Source of the DNA: a virus
Lineage: Duplodnaviria > Caudoviricetes
IMG/VR virus record: IMGVR_UViG_3300023283_000169
Coordinates: 1 to 45,244 of that record
Strand: one strand, 5' to 3'
Length of the DNA stretch: 45,244 bases
The position numbers and the translations under genes are program-made. Of the stretch, positions 1 through 8,684 are shown piece by piece. The notes below the pieces were generated by a model. It saw only the letters and a list, made by a program, of their open reading frames with translations. It searched no databases and was not told the DNA's origin. The stretch's first letter is position 1, and every line of letters begins with the position of its first letter.

Positions 1-127
1 GGGAAGTTGCCGTGAGGATCCTGGAGTTCCTGGCGCCCTACCTGCTCGTCGCGTCGATCGGGGCCGTGGTGTCGGGGCAGATTGTTCACGATTGTGCCCA
101 GGAGGACCACGCCGACGAGATGGTCAA
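1..127. repeat. Terminal direct repeat, left copy (identical to 45118-45244); circular assembly overlap
   Basis: gggaagttgccgtgaggatc...gagatggtcaa occurs at both ends; 127 nt is a common assembler k-mer; the ORF at 12 is re-entered at 45129. Confidence 0.95.
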
Positions 128-698
128 GCTGCACAACGAAATGGCGCTGAAGGAGGGGACGATACGCACGGAGCTCGGCAACTGGAAGAGCCGTGCGCTG
201 GTAGCGGAGAACAACGAGGCCGTGGCGGAGGCGATGACCTCGATCGCGAGGGAAGACGCTGAGCGGTGGAGGCTCGTCGCCAGGGAGAACCATTCGATCG
301 CGGTGAGCTACCGGAACAGACTCGTGGGCCAGAGTGAGGCGAGGCCCGACGACGCGGGCGGTTCCGTGATCCCGATCGAGCTCGAAGACGGGAGCCTGGT
401 GGTCGAGGGGGAGGTGAGGGTCGGCGGGGTGCTGATCCCCGCCGGATCACCGATCGAGGTGGTCCTGGAAGTGGTGCTGACGGCGCTCGGGATTGACGTG
501 ACGATCTTGGAGGACGAGCAGGGCCTGCCACACGTTCTGGTGTCGACCGACGATCCGCACGTTGAAAACGTGACGATCGAGTCCGTGATTGATCGGAGGC
601 GAACCGGGGTAGACGAGGCACCCGGTCCTTCGAGGGCGAAGTGGTTCGGTATCGGGGTGGGGGCCTTCGCGGTCCTGCAGGCCCTGTTCGGAAACTGA
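12..698 (+). CDS. Membrane-anchored coiled-coil protein at end of lysis cassette (possible spanin-like)
   Basis: N-terminal hydrophobic segment, helical middle, C-terminal hydrophobic segment; GTGA overlap with 44752-45132 across the junction; function inferred from position. Confidence 0.6.
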   Translation: MRILEFLAPYLLVASIGAVVSGQIVHDCAQEDHADEMVKLHNEMALKEGTIRTELGNWKSRALVAENNEAVAEAMTSIAREDAERWRLVARENHSIAVSYRNRLVGQSEARPDDAGGSVIPIELEDGSLVVEGEVRVGGVLIPAGSPIEVVLEVVLTALGIDVTILEDEQGLPHVLVSTDDPHVENVTIESVIDRRRTGVDEAPGPSRAKWFGIGVGAFAVLQALFGN

Positions 699-712
699 GA
701 AGAGGAGGGTTC

Positions 713-1774
713 GTGGGCTTGACGTTGAGAGAGGTTCGCCAGAGGATCCGATGGGGCATCGACCGGATTCAGGGCGCGGTCGCCGAGTTCACGGGCTTCG
801 ACAACCTCGCGCCCTCGGGCGATGCCACGTCCGCGCTCGGACACCTCGTCGAGGCGCGTGACGCGCTGACGGAGATGATCGAGGCGGCCGAGCCCGAGCC
901 CGATCCGATCCCCGAGCCGGAACCCGAGCCTCCCCCGCCGCCGTCCGGCGTTCCCGGCTCCCCCATCCCCGAGATCGCGGCATTGCCGCGCATCTTTGAG
1001 AGCGACTTCTCGGACGGGTGGGAGGCGTGGGCGCCGGGGCTGAACCTGCCGCTCAACTTCGCCGGCAAGGTCATCGACGCGGACGGGACAAGGCTCGGCA
1101 CAATCTTCAATCCCGGCGACAGCTCCGGCGGGATCAAGGACCACCCGCTCGGTTCAGGCAAGGCGTTCCACGCAGTGGCGTTCCCCGGCTCCGGCTCGAA
1201 ACGCGAGCAGAAGACGGGTATCTCGATCTGGCGGCACCCGGTGATGTCTCGGTTCGTCGTGGGCGATCTCGACGCCATCGCGACGAGCCACACGCTGTAT
1301 CTGCCGGAGCGCTTCCCTCGCGACGATGGGCTCCTCATCCAGGTCTGGCAGCCGAAGCTCAGGCCCGGGGGGAGCGGGCAGCCGTGGCAGATCTGGATCG
1401 ACGCACCCTCGATGGAGATCCGGTGGCGCGAGGCGACGCTCGCTAATCAGACGGTCCACCGATCGGGGGTCGCGTGGCCGCTCGGGCGGAAGGTCAACAT
1501 CACCACGCTCTACGCGCTGAGCGAGACGGATGGGCGGGTCTCGTTTTGGGTCACGCCCGAGGGTGACGCCACCCCCATCGCGGAGTTCCACCGCACCGGC
1601 GTCCCTACGCTCACGCACTTCCGCCACCCGGACGTGGACCACGTCGGGTTCTGGCCGTCCCTCCTGATCTACCAGATCGGCCGGCTGGTCCGCGAGGACC
1701 CGCCCGTGATCGTGCCGCTCGAGGGCTGGATGAGCGACTTCGTGTTTTCCGACGCAAGGGAATTGGAGGCGTAA
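713..1774 (+). CDS. Pro/Glu-linker protein with polysaccharide-lyase/concanavalin-like jelly-roll domain
   Basis: GAGGAGG RBS before GTG 713; EPEPDPIPEPEPEPPPPP linker; ESDFSDG, LYLPERF, QVWQ, DGRVSFWV pattern resembles lyase/LamG-type beta sandwiches. Confidence 0.55.
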   Translation: MGLTLREVRQRIRWGIDRIQGAVAEFTGFDNLAPSGDATSALGHLVEARDALTEMIEAAEPEPDPIPEPEPEPPPPPSGVPGSPIPEIAALPRIFESDFSDGWEAWAPGLNLPLNFAGKVIDADGTRLGTIFNPGDSSGGIKDHPLGSGKAFHAVAFPGSGSKREQKTGISIWRHPVMSRFVVGDLDAIATSHTLYLPERFPRDDGLLIQVWQPKLRPGGSGQPWQIWIDAPSMEIRWREATLANQTVHRSGVAWPLGRKVNITTLYALSETDGRVSFWVTPEGDATPIAEFHRTGVPTLTHFRHPDVDHVGFWPSLLIYQIGRLVREDPPVIVPLEGWMSDFVFSDARELEA

Positions 1775-2326
1775 ATGCCGAACGAGATTCACCAGAAGCC
1801 CCAGACGGCGATCGTGGTCGCGGATGCGACCGACTATGCGGGCGACCTCGGCACGCGGACCGACCAGATCGACCTCACGTCTCTCGCTGCGGGTGCCGCG
1901 CGGCAGAGTGACAAGGTCGATCTCGCGATCGCCGCGCCGAATCTGGCCGAGCTCTACGCGGTGTACGCCGCCGTTGAGTTCGCCGTCGCGCCGACGGCGG
2001 GGGAGGTCGTGGACTTCTACGCCGGATTCAGCCCGTCCGCTACACCGGGTACGGCGAATCCGGGCGGACTCTCGGGTGCGGACGGGGCCTACTCGGGCAC
2101 GGCGGGGAGCAGTCTCGATGAGGCGGTCAGACAGCTCGTGTTCATCGGCTCGCTCGTCGCTACGCCCGACGCGACCACGGTCGTACAGTTCCAGTTTTTG
2201 GGCTTCGTCGTCGCCCCGGAACGCTACGTTGCCTTCGTCGCCGACAACAACGCGGACCAGGCGCTCGTCGGCGACGCCGTCGAGATGGGCATCCGCGTCG
2301 TGCCGTACACGCCAGAGGTCCAGTAG
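1775..2326 (+). CDS. Putative virion structural protein (beta-rich)
   Basis: GGAGG RBS; A/V/T/G-rich composition; lies between glycan-binding-like genes. Confidence 0.6.
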   Translation: MPNEIHQKPQTAIVVADATDYAGDLGTRTDQIDLTSLAAGAARQSDKVDLAIAAPNLAELYAVYAAVEFAVAPTAGEVVDFYAGFSPSATPGTANPGGLSGADGAYSGTAGSSLDEAVRQLVFIGSLVATPDATTVVQFQFLGFVVAPERYVAFVADNNADQALVGDAVEMGIRVVPYTPEVQ

Positions 2327-4366
2327 GTGCGTCGCCTCCCCACCGCCCGCTGGTCCGGGCCGCTGCGTCCCGAGACGCATTGGTCGAGGCGCGGGCTGGT
2401 GGGCTGGTGGAAGCATGACGAGCAGGGCGGCCGCACGCTGCGCGACGACAGTGGCCACGGGCACGACGCATCGCTCATCGGGGTTTCGAGTCCCGGCTTT
2501 CTACCCGGCCGGGTGGGCTGGTCGTACGACTACGACGGGATCGACGATCGTGGGGAGGTTCCCGACAATCCCCGCCTGAGCATTACCGGTGCGCTGACGA
2601 TCTCCATGTGGATCTACGTGCGCGGTCAGGACGCGACCCGACACCGGGCGATGCTGGGGAAGTACCGGAACATGTCGGGAGCCACAAACCAGCGGGCCTA
2701 CGAGTGCTACGTACAGGACTCGGGCGATGCGGTCGACGGGCTCGGAATGACGCTCTCCGACACGGGAACGTTCAAGTCTGACGGGGCTCTGGAGACGGGG
2801 CCGAACGTGATCGAGAGAGACAGGTGGCAGCACGCCGCGTTTACGTTCGAGCCGGGTGAGCGGCAGCGCATCTGGGTGAACGGGGAGGTGGTCGCCGAGA
2901 AGACGGCCAACGTCTTGGCCGAGATCGCCGACACTCCCGCCCCGCTGTGGCTCGGGGTCTCGTTCGACACCGGTAAGCCCGGCAACCATTTCTGGGGCAG
3001 GCTCGATGACGTCCGCCTCTACGAACGAGCCCTTTCGCCGTGGGAGATCCGCCAGCTCTACGAGCGGCCGGAAAGTCTCTACGCTCCACAGCTCCTTGAC
3101 GCGTGGCGGCCGACCGGGCAGGATGTCGATGCGACCTGGTCGGTGCAGGCGGTGGCCGCCTGGGCCGGAGCTGGATCTGTCGAGCTCAGCCCCAACCAGC
3201 AGGTCGAGGGCACCGCGACGTTCGTATCCGACGCCATACTGACGCTCGGCGGTTCGATCGCGATGCCCGGCGAGGCCGCGATCGCCCTGTCGACGATCAT
3301 CGACCTGGCGGTCAACGCTTCTCTGGGGGGCGTGGCGTTTGCAACGCTCGTCCCGTCCGTGCTGCTCCCGGCCTCGGCTTCGTTTGCCGCCGCCTCCGGC
3401 CTTTTGATGGGCGCGGAGGTCTCCAGGGACGCCTCGACGGCCATGTTGGGCGAGGTGCTGGTCTCTGCCGATCCAGAGGTGCTTCTAGGGGCCGGTGTGA
3501 GCGTAGTCGGGCTAGCCCTGCTCGACGTAACGACGGAAATCGACAGGCCGGTGGAGATGGCGGTCAGTGGGTCTGCGGTGGTGGTCGCCACCGGAGTAGT
3601 CGACCTGTGGGCAGGGGTTTCGATGGCCGGGATGGCCTCGTGGAGCGCTACGGCAGAGACCGGAACCGGGCACGAGGGCGCGGTAGCGATGGCAGGCGCG
3701 GCCACGTTCTCCGCGGAGGTGGTGGTCGAGAGGGCGGCGAGCATGGAGATGGAAGGGACCGCCGTGTTCGAGAGCGTCACGTCGGTGACGCGCGACGTCA
3801 CGATGGTGACCGTGGCGCTCGCATCGATGAGCGCGGAGGGCACAGCGTCGCTCGGTGCGCGGATGGGGTTCGAGGCCGTGGCCGAGGTTTCGCTGGGGTC
3901 GAGCGTAGAGTTCAGGGCTGCGGCGGTGATCGTGGCAACGGGGTCGCTCACGGGCGCGGCGTCCATCGACGCCGTCGGGTCGTCGAGCATGTCGGGCGTT
4001 GCGACGATGGGCGCTGCCCCGCTGGTCATCCGATCGGTTGCCGCCGCGATGACTGGTCGCACGACGATGGGACTCGATCCCGACGTGACGAAGGGCGCCG
4101 AGATCGGAATGGTTGGAGTCGGCTCGCTGGAAGCGGGGGCCGAAGCCGATCTGAGTGCGGCCTGGAGCTCGATCGGGGCCGGCTCGCTCTCGTCGACCGC
4201 GTCGCTGATGGTGTTCGTCGGGCTGCAGGTCCTCTACGTTGAACGCCTGCTGACGGGCCCGAGGGTGGTCGTCGACGGCGCGGAGGCCGGTCCTCGCGTG
4301 GCGGCGGAGAGGGTGTCCCTGCGGCCCCGGACGAGGATCGACGACTTCAGCACGGAGGGAACATGA
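2327..4366 (+). CDS. LamG/concanavalin-domain protein with long A/S/G/V low-complexity repeat region (putative fibre/adhesin)
   Basis: GLVGWWKHDE..G....D.SG.G, TISMWI, WQHAAFTF, IWVNG, FWGRLDDVRLYERALS..EI.QLY are LamG-like motifs. Confidence 0.8.
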   Translation: MRRLPTARWSGPLRPETHWSRRGLVGWWKHDEQGGRTLRDDSGHGHDASLIGVSSPGFLPGRVGWSYDYDGIDDRGEVPDNPRLSITGALTISMWIYVRGQDATRHRAMLGKYRNMSGATNQRAYECYVQDSGDAVDGLGMTLSDTGTFKSDGALETGPNVIERDRWQHAAFTFEPGERQRIWVNGEVVAEKTANVLAEIADTPAPLWLGVSFDTGKPGNHFWGRLDDVRLYERALSPWEIRQLYERPESLYAPQLLDAWRPTGQDVDATWSVQAVAAWAGAGSVELSPNQQVEGTATFVSDAILTLGGSIAMPGEAAIALSTIIDLAVNASLGGVAFATLVPSVLLPASASFAAASGLLMGAEVSRDASTAMLGEVLVSADPEVLLGAGVSVVGLALLDVTTEIDRPVEMAVSGSAVVVATGVVDLWAGVSMAGMASWSATAETGTGHEGAVAMAGAATFSAEVVVERAASMEMEGTAVFESVTSVTRDVTMVTVALASMSAEGTASLGARMGFEAVAEVSLGSSVEFRAAAVIVATGSLTGAASIDAVGSSSMSGVATMGAAPLVIRSVAAAMTGRTTMGLDPDVTKGAEIGMVGVGSLEAGAEADLSAAWSSIGAGSLSSTASLMVFVGLQVLYVERLLTGPRVVVDGAEAGPRVAAERVSLRPRTRIDDFSTEGT

Positions 4367-4710
4367 CCCCGGTGGACCTGTTCATCGACAACGACAACCT
4401 GCTGGTCCTCGACGGGCTGTGGGACGGGATCGACAAGACAGCGGCGGACCGATGGTTGACGGACGGCGAGGTGGCCGTGACGGTCCGCGTGCTCGATCGG
4501 AACGAGAACGAGCTCGTCGGAGCCACGTGGCCGATCGCGTTCGAGTTCGAGACGGGCTCGAACGGGCGGTGGAGGGCCACGATCCCGGCGGCGGTGAAGA
4601 TCCGGGAGGGCAGGCCGTACGTCCTGGACGTCGCGGTAACGGGCGACGTCGAAGCCAGGGCGCGGATCCCGGCGATCGGTCGTGTGCGAACGCTGGTGAC
4701 GACGAAGTAG
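4363..4710 (+). CDS. Hypothetical protein (possible virion accessory)
   Basis: ATGA overlap with upstream gene; GGAGG RBS. Confidence 0.7.
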   Translation: MTPVDLFIDNDNLLVLDGLWDGIDKTAADRWLTDGEVAVTVRVLDRNENELVGATWPIAFEFETGSNGRWRATIPAAVKIREGRPYVLDVAVTGDVEARARIPAIGRVRTLVTTK

Positions 4711-4748
4711 GGCTGTTCAGGCGTCTCGCATCCTGCTACATTCTCATC

Positions 4749-4994
4749 GTGGCCGGCGACGACGTGTGGGTCCTCCGATCATCGATTGACTTCGGCAAGC
4801 CGGTGTACCATCGGCCCCGGTCGAAGATCGCTCGCACGTCTGACCCGGTCGGGTACATCGTTACCTGCTGCGGCCTGAGCGTTCGGAAGTGGAACGTCCC
4901 CCGCCGCGAGATCGTCGATCACGCGATCGGCCTGCCGCCCAACCTCGCCAGAGAGATCGCCAAGCCCTGCGGAAGGTGCTGGCCCCGCACCTGA
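4749..4994 (+). CDS. Small Cys/His protein (start uncertain)
   Basis: YH...TCCG...PCGRC in the 3' part of ORF 4419-4994; no clear RBS. Confidence 0.4.
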   Translation: MAGDDVWVLRSSIDFGKPVYHRPRSKIARTSDPVGYIVTCCGLSVRKWNVPRREIVDHAIGLPPNLAREIAKPCGRCWPRT

Positions 4995-5061
4995 TCCCCA
5001 CCTGTGTAGCTGGCCCGGCGAAACAGCTCGCGACGTCCACGAAAAAATCTTGCGTAGCCCC

Positions 5062-5090
5062 TTGACACGTATCGCATAATGCAATAAGAT
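5062..5090 (+). promoter_or_regulatory. Sigma70-type promoter P1 with operator TATCGCA-TAA-TGCAATA
   Basis: TTGACA-17 nt-TAAGAT; palindrome 5070-5086. Confidence 0.85.
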
Positions 5091-5135
5091 GATACTATGA
5101 GAGTTCAATCAACAACCGAAACGCGGGAGGACGAA

Positions 5136-5480
5136 ATGAGCGACTCGACGATCAAGGACCTCAAGACGACCCTGACGATCCATGACCTCACGGTCAACGA
5201 GATCAAGCGGGTCTACTCCGGGAGGCCAGGATGCGGGTGTGGGTGCCGGGGAAAGTACTACGACGACGGGCCGATGTTCGCGAAGACGCTTCGGATCCTG
5301 CAGGAGCGGGCCGACGAGATGGAGGAGCCGGGGGGCTTCGGCGACGAGGTCTGCTTCGCGATCGAGGACGAGACCCGGTACCGGTGGTTGTACACCACGA
5401 AGCAGGCGTTACTGCGCCGAGAGAGGGAAGTCCTGGTAGCGCGGATCGCCGAGATCGACGAAGCGGCCGAGCAGCAGTAG
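5136..5480 (+). CDS. Early hypothetical protein with SGRPGCGCGCRGKY motif
   Basis: First gene after P1; AACGCGGGAGG leader/RBS. Confidence 0.8.
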   Translation: MSDSTIKDLKTTLTIHDLTVNEIKRVYSGRPGCGCGCRGKYYDDGPMFAKTLRILQERADEMEEPGGFGDEVCFAIEDETRYRWLYTTKQALLRREREVLVARIAEIDEAAEQQ

Positions 5481-5511
5481 GGCGACACGAACCCAAGCGC
5501 GGGAGTGAACG

Positions 5512-5883
5512 ATGAGCCAGACGAAGGAAGAGGCATTGATAGCGATCGATGTCGCGATCGAGGAGGCCGAGGAAGAGATCGCAGACTTTGCCGACCGGTT
5601 GGCGAGGTCCGAGAACCCGCTGTACGAGATGAAGTGGTCGAACAACGTGTTCGAGGCGGCGGCGAATCTCGACGTGCTACGGCGTTTCCGGAAGGTCGTA
5701 GAGAAGAAGGGGATCGAGGAGGCGCGACTGCACGCGGCGAGATACGCGCTTAGGCACTCGCGTGACGTGGGCGGCTCGTCGAACAGCGTGATCAACCTCG
5801 CCGAGGTGCGGGTCATGGAAGCGACGGGTCGGTTCGCCATGCCCTACGGTTCGGTCGAGCCGTGGGAAGCCCTGACCGGGTAG
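5512..5883 (+). CDS. Early hypothetical protein
   Basis: RBS present; helical, typical codon pattern. Confidence 0.75.
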   Translation: MSQTKEEALIAIDVAIEEAEEEIADFADRLARSENPLYEMKWSNNVFEAAANLDVLRRFRKVVEKKGIEEARLHAARYALRHSRDVGGSSNSVINLAEVRVMEATGRFAMPYGSVEPWEALTG

Positions 5884-5939
5884 CCGGTCGACGAGGAGCC
5901 GCGGGCTAGGCCCGCTGTTCCGTAACGCGGGAGAGAAGA

Positions 5940-6296
5940 ATGGAAGAGACGAGCGGGGCGCCAGGGATCCACGAGGTCATCGGAGCGATCGACCTCGGAG
6001 CATACGACGAGCACGTGGAGAGCCTGTACGCCGCACTGAAAAGGGTGACGCAGAGGCAGAAACGGGAAGCGATGGAAGGCGTGGCGGTGGGCGACCGGGT
6101 GAAGTTCGACGCCGGCACGAGGGGCACACGCTACGGCGTGGTGGAGAAAGTCATGCAAGTGAACGTGTCGGTTCGGGAGGTGGGCTCCGTGGGGGGTGGA
6201 AGGGTGAGGGTCGGCATGACCTGGAGGGTGCCGGCGATGCTTCTAGAAGAGGTCGACGCAGACGAGTGGAGCCGGATCGTCAAGGAGGAGCGATGA
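5940..6296 (+). CDS. Early hypothetical protein, SH3/KOW-like C-terminus
   Basis: VGDRVKF...GVVEKV..VNVSV...WRVPA.LLE pattern. Confidence 0.7.
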   Translation: MEETSGAPGIHEVIGAIDLGAYDEHVESLYAALKRVTQRQKREAMEGVAVGDRVKFDAGTRGTRYGVVEKVMQVNVSVREVGSVGGGRVRVGMTWRVPAMLLEEVDADEWSRIVKEER

Positions 6297-6709
6297 AGAC
6301 GCACGAGGACCGAAGGAAAGAGCTGCAGGGGGTAGCAAACAGTCCGGGCCTGCGGGGGTTCTCGGACTGGTTGCGCTCGAAAGGGTCGACCATCCCCAGA
6401 GGTATGATCGGGTCGGCACAAGGGTGCCCGATGACGAAGTGGCTCCAGAGCGAGGGTCTGGACGTCAGGGAAGTCTGGTACGACGAGGTCGTGTTCGAGG
6501 ACGGCGAGAAGGTGTCGTGGGACGAGATCAGCGTTCCTGTGGGGGACGCCCCGATCCAGAGCATGGCCTCATTCCAGGACCGCGTGGTGGACCGTTTCAC
6601 GAGGCTGTTCGAGATCGCCGAGGGTCACGGTTCGCCCGGGCGGTGGCTTCGGGAGGCGCTGTGGATCGAGGTCGAATGTGAGAACGCATGGCAGAGGAGG
6701 GGGCGATGA
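6293..6709 (+). CDS. Early hypothetical protein
   Basis: AGGAGGAG RBS; ATGA overlaps on both sides. Confidence 0.75.
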   Translation: MKTHEDRRKELQGVANSPGLRGFSDWLRSKGSTIPRGMIGSAQGCPMTKWLQSEGLDVREVWYDEVVFEDGEKVSWDEISVPVGDAPIQSMASFQDRVVDRFTRLFEIAEGHGSPGRWLREALWIEVECENAWQRRGR

Positions 6710-7359
6710 GCAGCACCGTGGGGATCGACATGGCTCGGGAGGGGCCGCGCGGGTGCGGCTGGAGGAGCGCCGGTCAGGAAGGGGTCGGCATCTACCTGAT
6801 GGGCGGACTGCTGGCGGAGCCGTGCGAACGGCTCCCGTTCCCGCTCCACGAGTGCCGGACGTGCGGCGGGGGAATCAAGCCCTCGCGGGGCTGGACGTGG
6901 ATCGAGCCTGACGAGCTGTTCCGGGGAGGGTAGCATCCAAGATGCGACCCGAACGCATTCCCAGGACACGACTGCAACCGGTGCCACATGTGCTGGCCCC
7001 CGACCGGCCGGCACGGGCTGGTCTGGGTCGGGTCGTCGCACTACCCGACCCCCGAGTCTTTCGCCGAGGAGGCCCGCAGGATGGAGATCAGCCGGAAGGT
7101 CGCGGCGTTGCCACGAGGACTGGAGATCGGCGAGACGGTGGTGTACGTCGGCCACCGCGAGTGCAGGATCGAGAACGGAGAGATCGGGCCCGGCGTATTC
7201 ACGGCCTACAAGCCGTCGCGGGTAGACCTGGTGGTCGAGGTGGAGGATCCGGCCGACTTGCCCGCGTACGCCCTGTGGCTCAAGGGCCGGATCGGTGAGC
7301 ACGCCCGGCTCGTGAAGGTCGAGCGAGTCGGCGAGACCGTAGAGATGGACCTGGATTGA
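6706..7359 (+). pseudogene. Cys-rich phage protein interrupted by in-frame TAG at 6931-6933 (pseudogene, readthrough or error)
   Basis: ORFs 6688-6933 and 6988-7359 share a frame and read ...FRGG*HPRCDPNAFPGHDCNRCHMCW... continuously. Confidence 0.7.
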
Positions 7360-7385
7360 CAGAACGGGGGGCGATGGTGTATGTT
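7356..7385 (+). promoter_or_regulatory. Sigma70-type promoter without the operator, upstream of a non-coding region
   Basis: TTGACA (7356)-18 nt-TATGTT (7380). Confidence 0.55.
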
Positions 7386-7391
7386 CCGTCC

Positions 7392-7480
7392 GGCTCCGAG
7401 TTCGGAGACGGACCGGAGTTCATCGTTCCTCACAGGGGTCGGCTTGCTTCCCGCGTTGCGAGTCGGCCCCGCCTTATTTC
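7392..7480 (+). ncRNA. Candidate antisense small RNA
   Basis: 5' hairpin 7394-7407; CATCGTTCCTC 7421-7431; 13-bp stem 7435-7447/7458-7470 with three G.U pairs and loop TTCCCGCGTT; T-rich tail. Confidence 0.5.
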
Positions 7481-7983
7481 AGCTCCTCTCCCGCCCGATC
7501 GGCCCCCGACCCATACACCACCCTTCCCCGCCACGAGCGCGGCCCCCACAGCGAGGCTCTGTTCCCCACGGGACCGCTTCCGGAGCGGCCCCATCCCCAT
7601 ACTTGCCGTCCCGGAGGTCGTGAGTTATTTCTCTCGTGCCCCAAACGCGGGAGTTGGGACACCGTTCTCCTCGCGGCACGTGACGCCGTGCGAACCGACT
7701 CAACGGGATTGGCGACAGCTCCACCGAGAACAAGAATCCGGGCTCTGCTGGGGAGCAACCCGGTGCGACCCCGGTGGAGTCTTCGGCTCTGGACTCGGAG
7801 AGGACCAGGGGTGGCCCCGACACCGCGGGCCACAGAAAAAGGGGAAGCGCGGGCCGGCCGAACGATTGGCGATCCAGTAGGCCTTGCCGCGCTTCCCCAG
7901 GTGGTGCTAGCGTCTTCACCGCTCCGGTGACGACCCTCCGAATATACAGGGTCGCCTAAACCCCCGCCACGTCTCCGCGAAGT

Positions 7984-8038
7984 TTTTCCACAGCCACCCA
8001 CAGTGAATCCACAAAGAGGGCAAGCGGGCGCGTCCACA
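7984..8038 (+). promoter_or_regulatory. DnaA-box-like cluster (candidate origin element)
   Basis: TTTTCCACA (7984-7992) fits TTWTNCACA; CCACA cores at 7988, 7998, 8009, 8034. Confidence 0.35.
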
Positions 8039-8044
8039 AGCGCC

Positions 8045-8073
8045 TTGACGCGCCTCGCAGAATGCGATAAGAT
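8045..8073 (+). promoter_or_regulatory. Promoter P2 with operator CCTCGCA-GAA-TGCGATA
   Basis: TTGACG-17 nt-TAAGAT. Confidence 0.85.
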
Positions 8074-8118
8074 CATACCATGGAAGCACAGCGAGCAAAC
8101 CGAACGCGGGAGGACAAA

Positions 8119-8337
8119 ATGCCCAACACACCGACCATCCCGGTCGAGCTCGTCGTCGAGCGGATCCACGAGCGGGCCAGGGACCCGGCCATCTCCGAAC
8201 CGCAGCGGTGGGCGCTCGAAACCGCCATCGCAATCATCGAGGCCGAGAAACTCGACCCGGAACAGCTACTCCGGTGCTTCTTCGAGCTCGCCGAGGGGTT
8301 CGAGCGGGCTGGCGACATCATCCACCGGGCCTCCTAG
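8119..8337 (+). CDS. Early hypothetical protein
   Basis: AACGCGGGAGG RBS after P2. Confidence 0.75.
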   Translation: MPNTPTIPVELVVERIHERARDPAISEPQRWALETAIAIIEAEKLDPEQLLRCFFELAEGFERAGDIIHRAS

Positions 8338-8383
8338 CGGGGCCCTCCACCGGCGGACCACCGCCGGAACACGAGGAGGAACG

Positions 8384-8578
8384 ATGAGCGGGACGACGGA
8401 AATCGACGCCACGCAAGCCGACGAGTCGTGCCCAGTCTGCGGATCGCGGCTATACGTGGAAGAAGCGTTCACGATCGACGCCTTCCACGAGGAGTGGGTT
8501 TACGGATGTACGGGGTGTGGCCGCTGGTTCGTGCAGGTCGTCTCGGACGAGGGGGCGTCCGAGCTGCGGGGTCAGTAG
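8384..8578 (+). CDS. Small Zn-ribbon protein
   Basis: GAGGAGGAACGATG start; CPVC...CTGC. Confidence 0.75.
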   Translation: MSGTTEIDATQADESCPVCGSRLYVEEAFTIDAFHEEWVYGCTGCGRWFVQVVSDEGASELRGQ

Positions 8579-8607
8579 AGGCCCGGCGGAGACGTAGGTC
8601 CGGTCCC

Positions 8608-8636
8608 TTGACTTCTATCGCAGAATGCGATAAGAT
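8608..8636 (+). promoter_or_regulatory. Promoter P3 with perfect operator TATCGCA-GAA-TGCGATA
   Basis: TTGACT-17 nt-TAAGAT; 32-nt core identical to P4. Confidence 0.9.
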
Positions 8637-8684
8637 GGAATCATGATGGACGAACAGAACACCAACCGAAACGCGGGAGGAGCG

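Noticed and set aside
7280-7423. Minus-strand 47-codon ORF with GAGGAACGATG start
   Set aside because: It would overlap a supported + strand gene, is S/P/R-rich, and the neighbouring stem's G.U pairs favour a + strand RNA; kept only as the alternative to the sRNA model.
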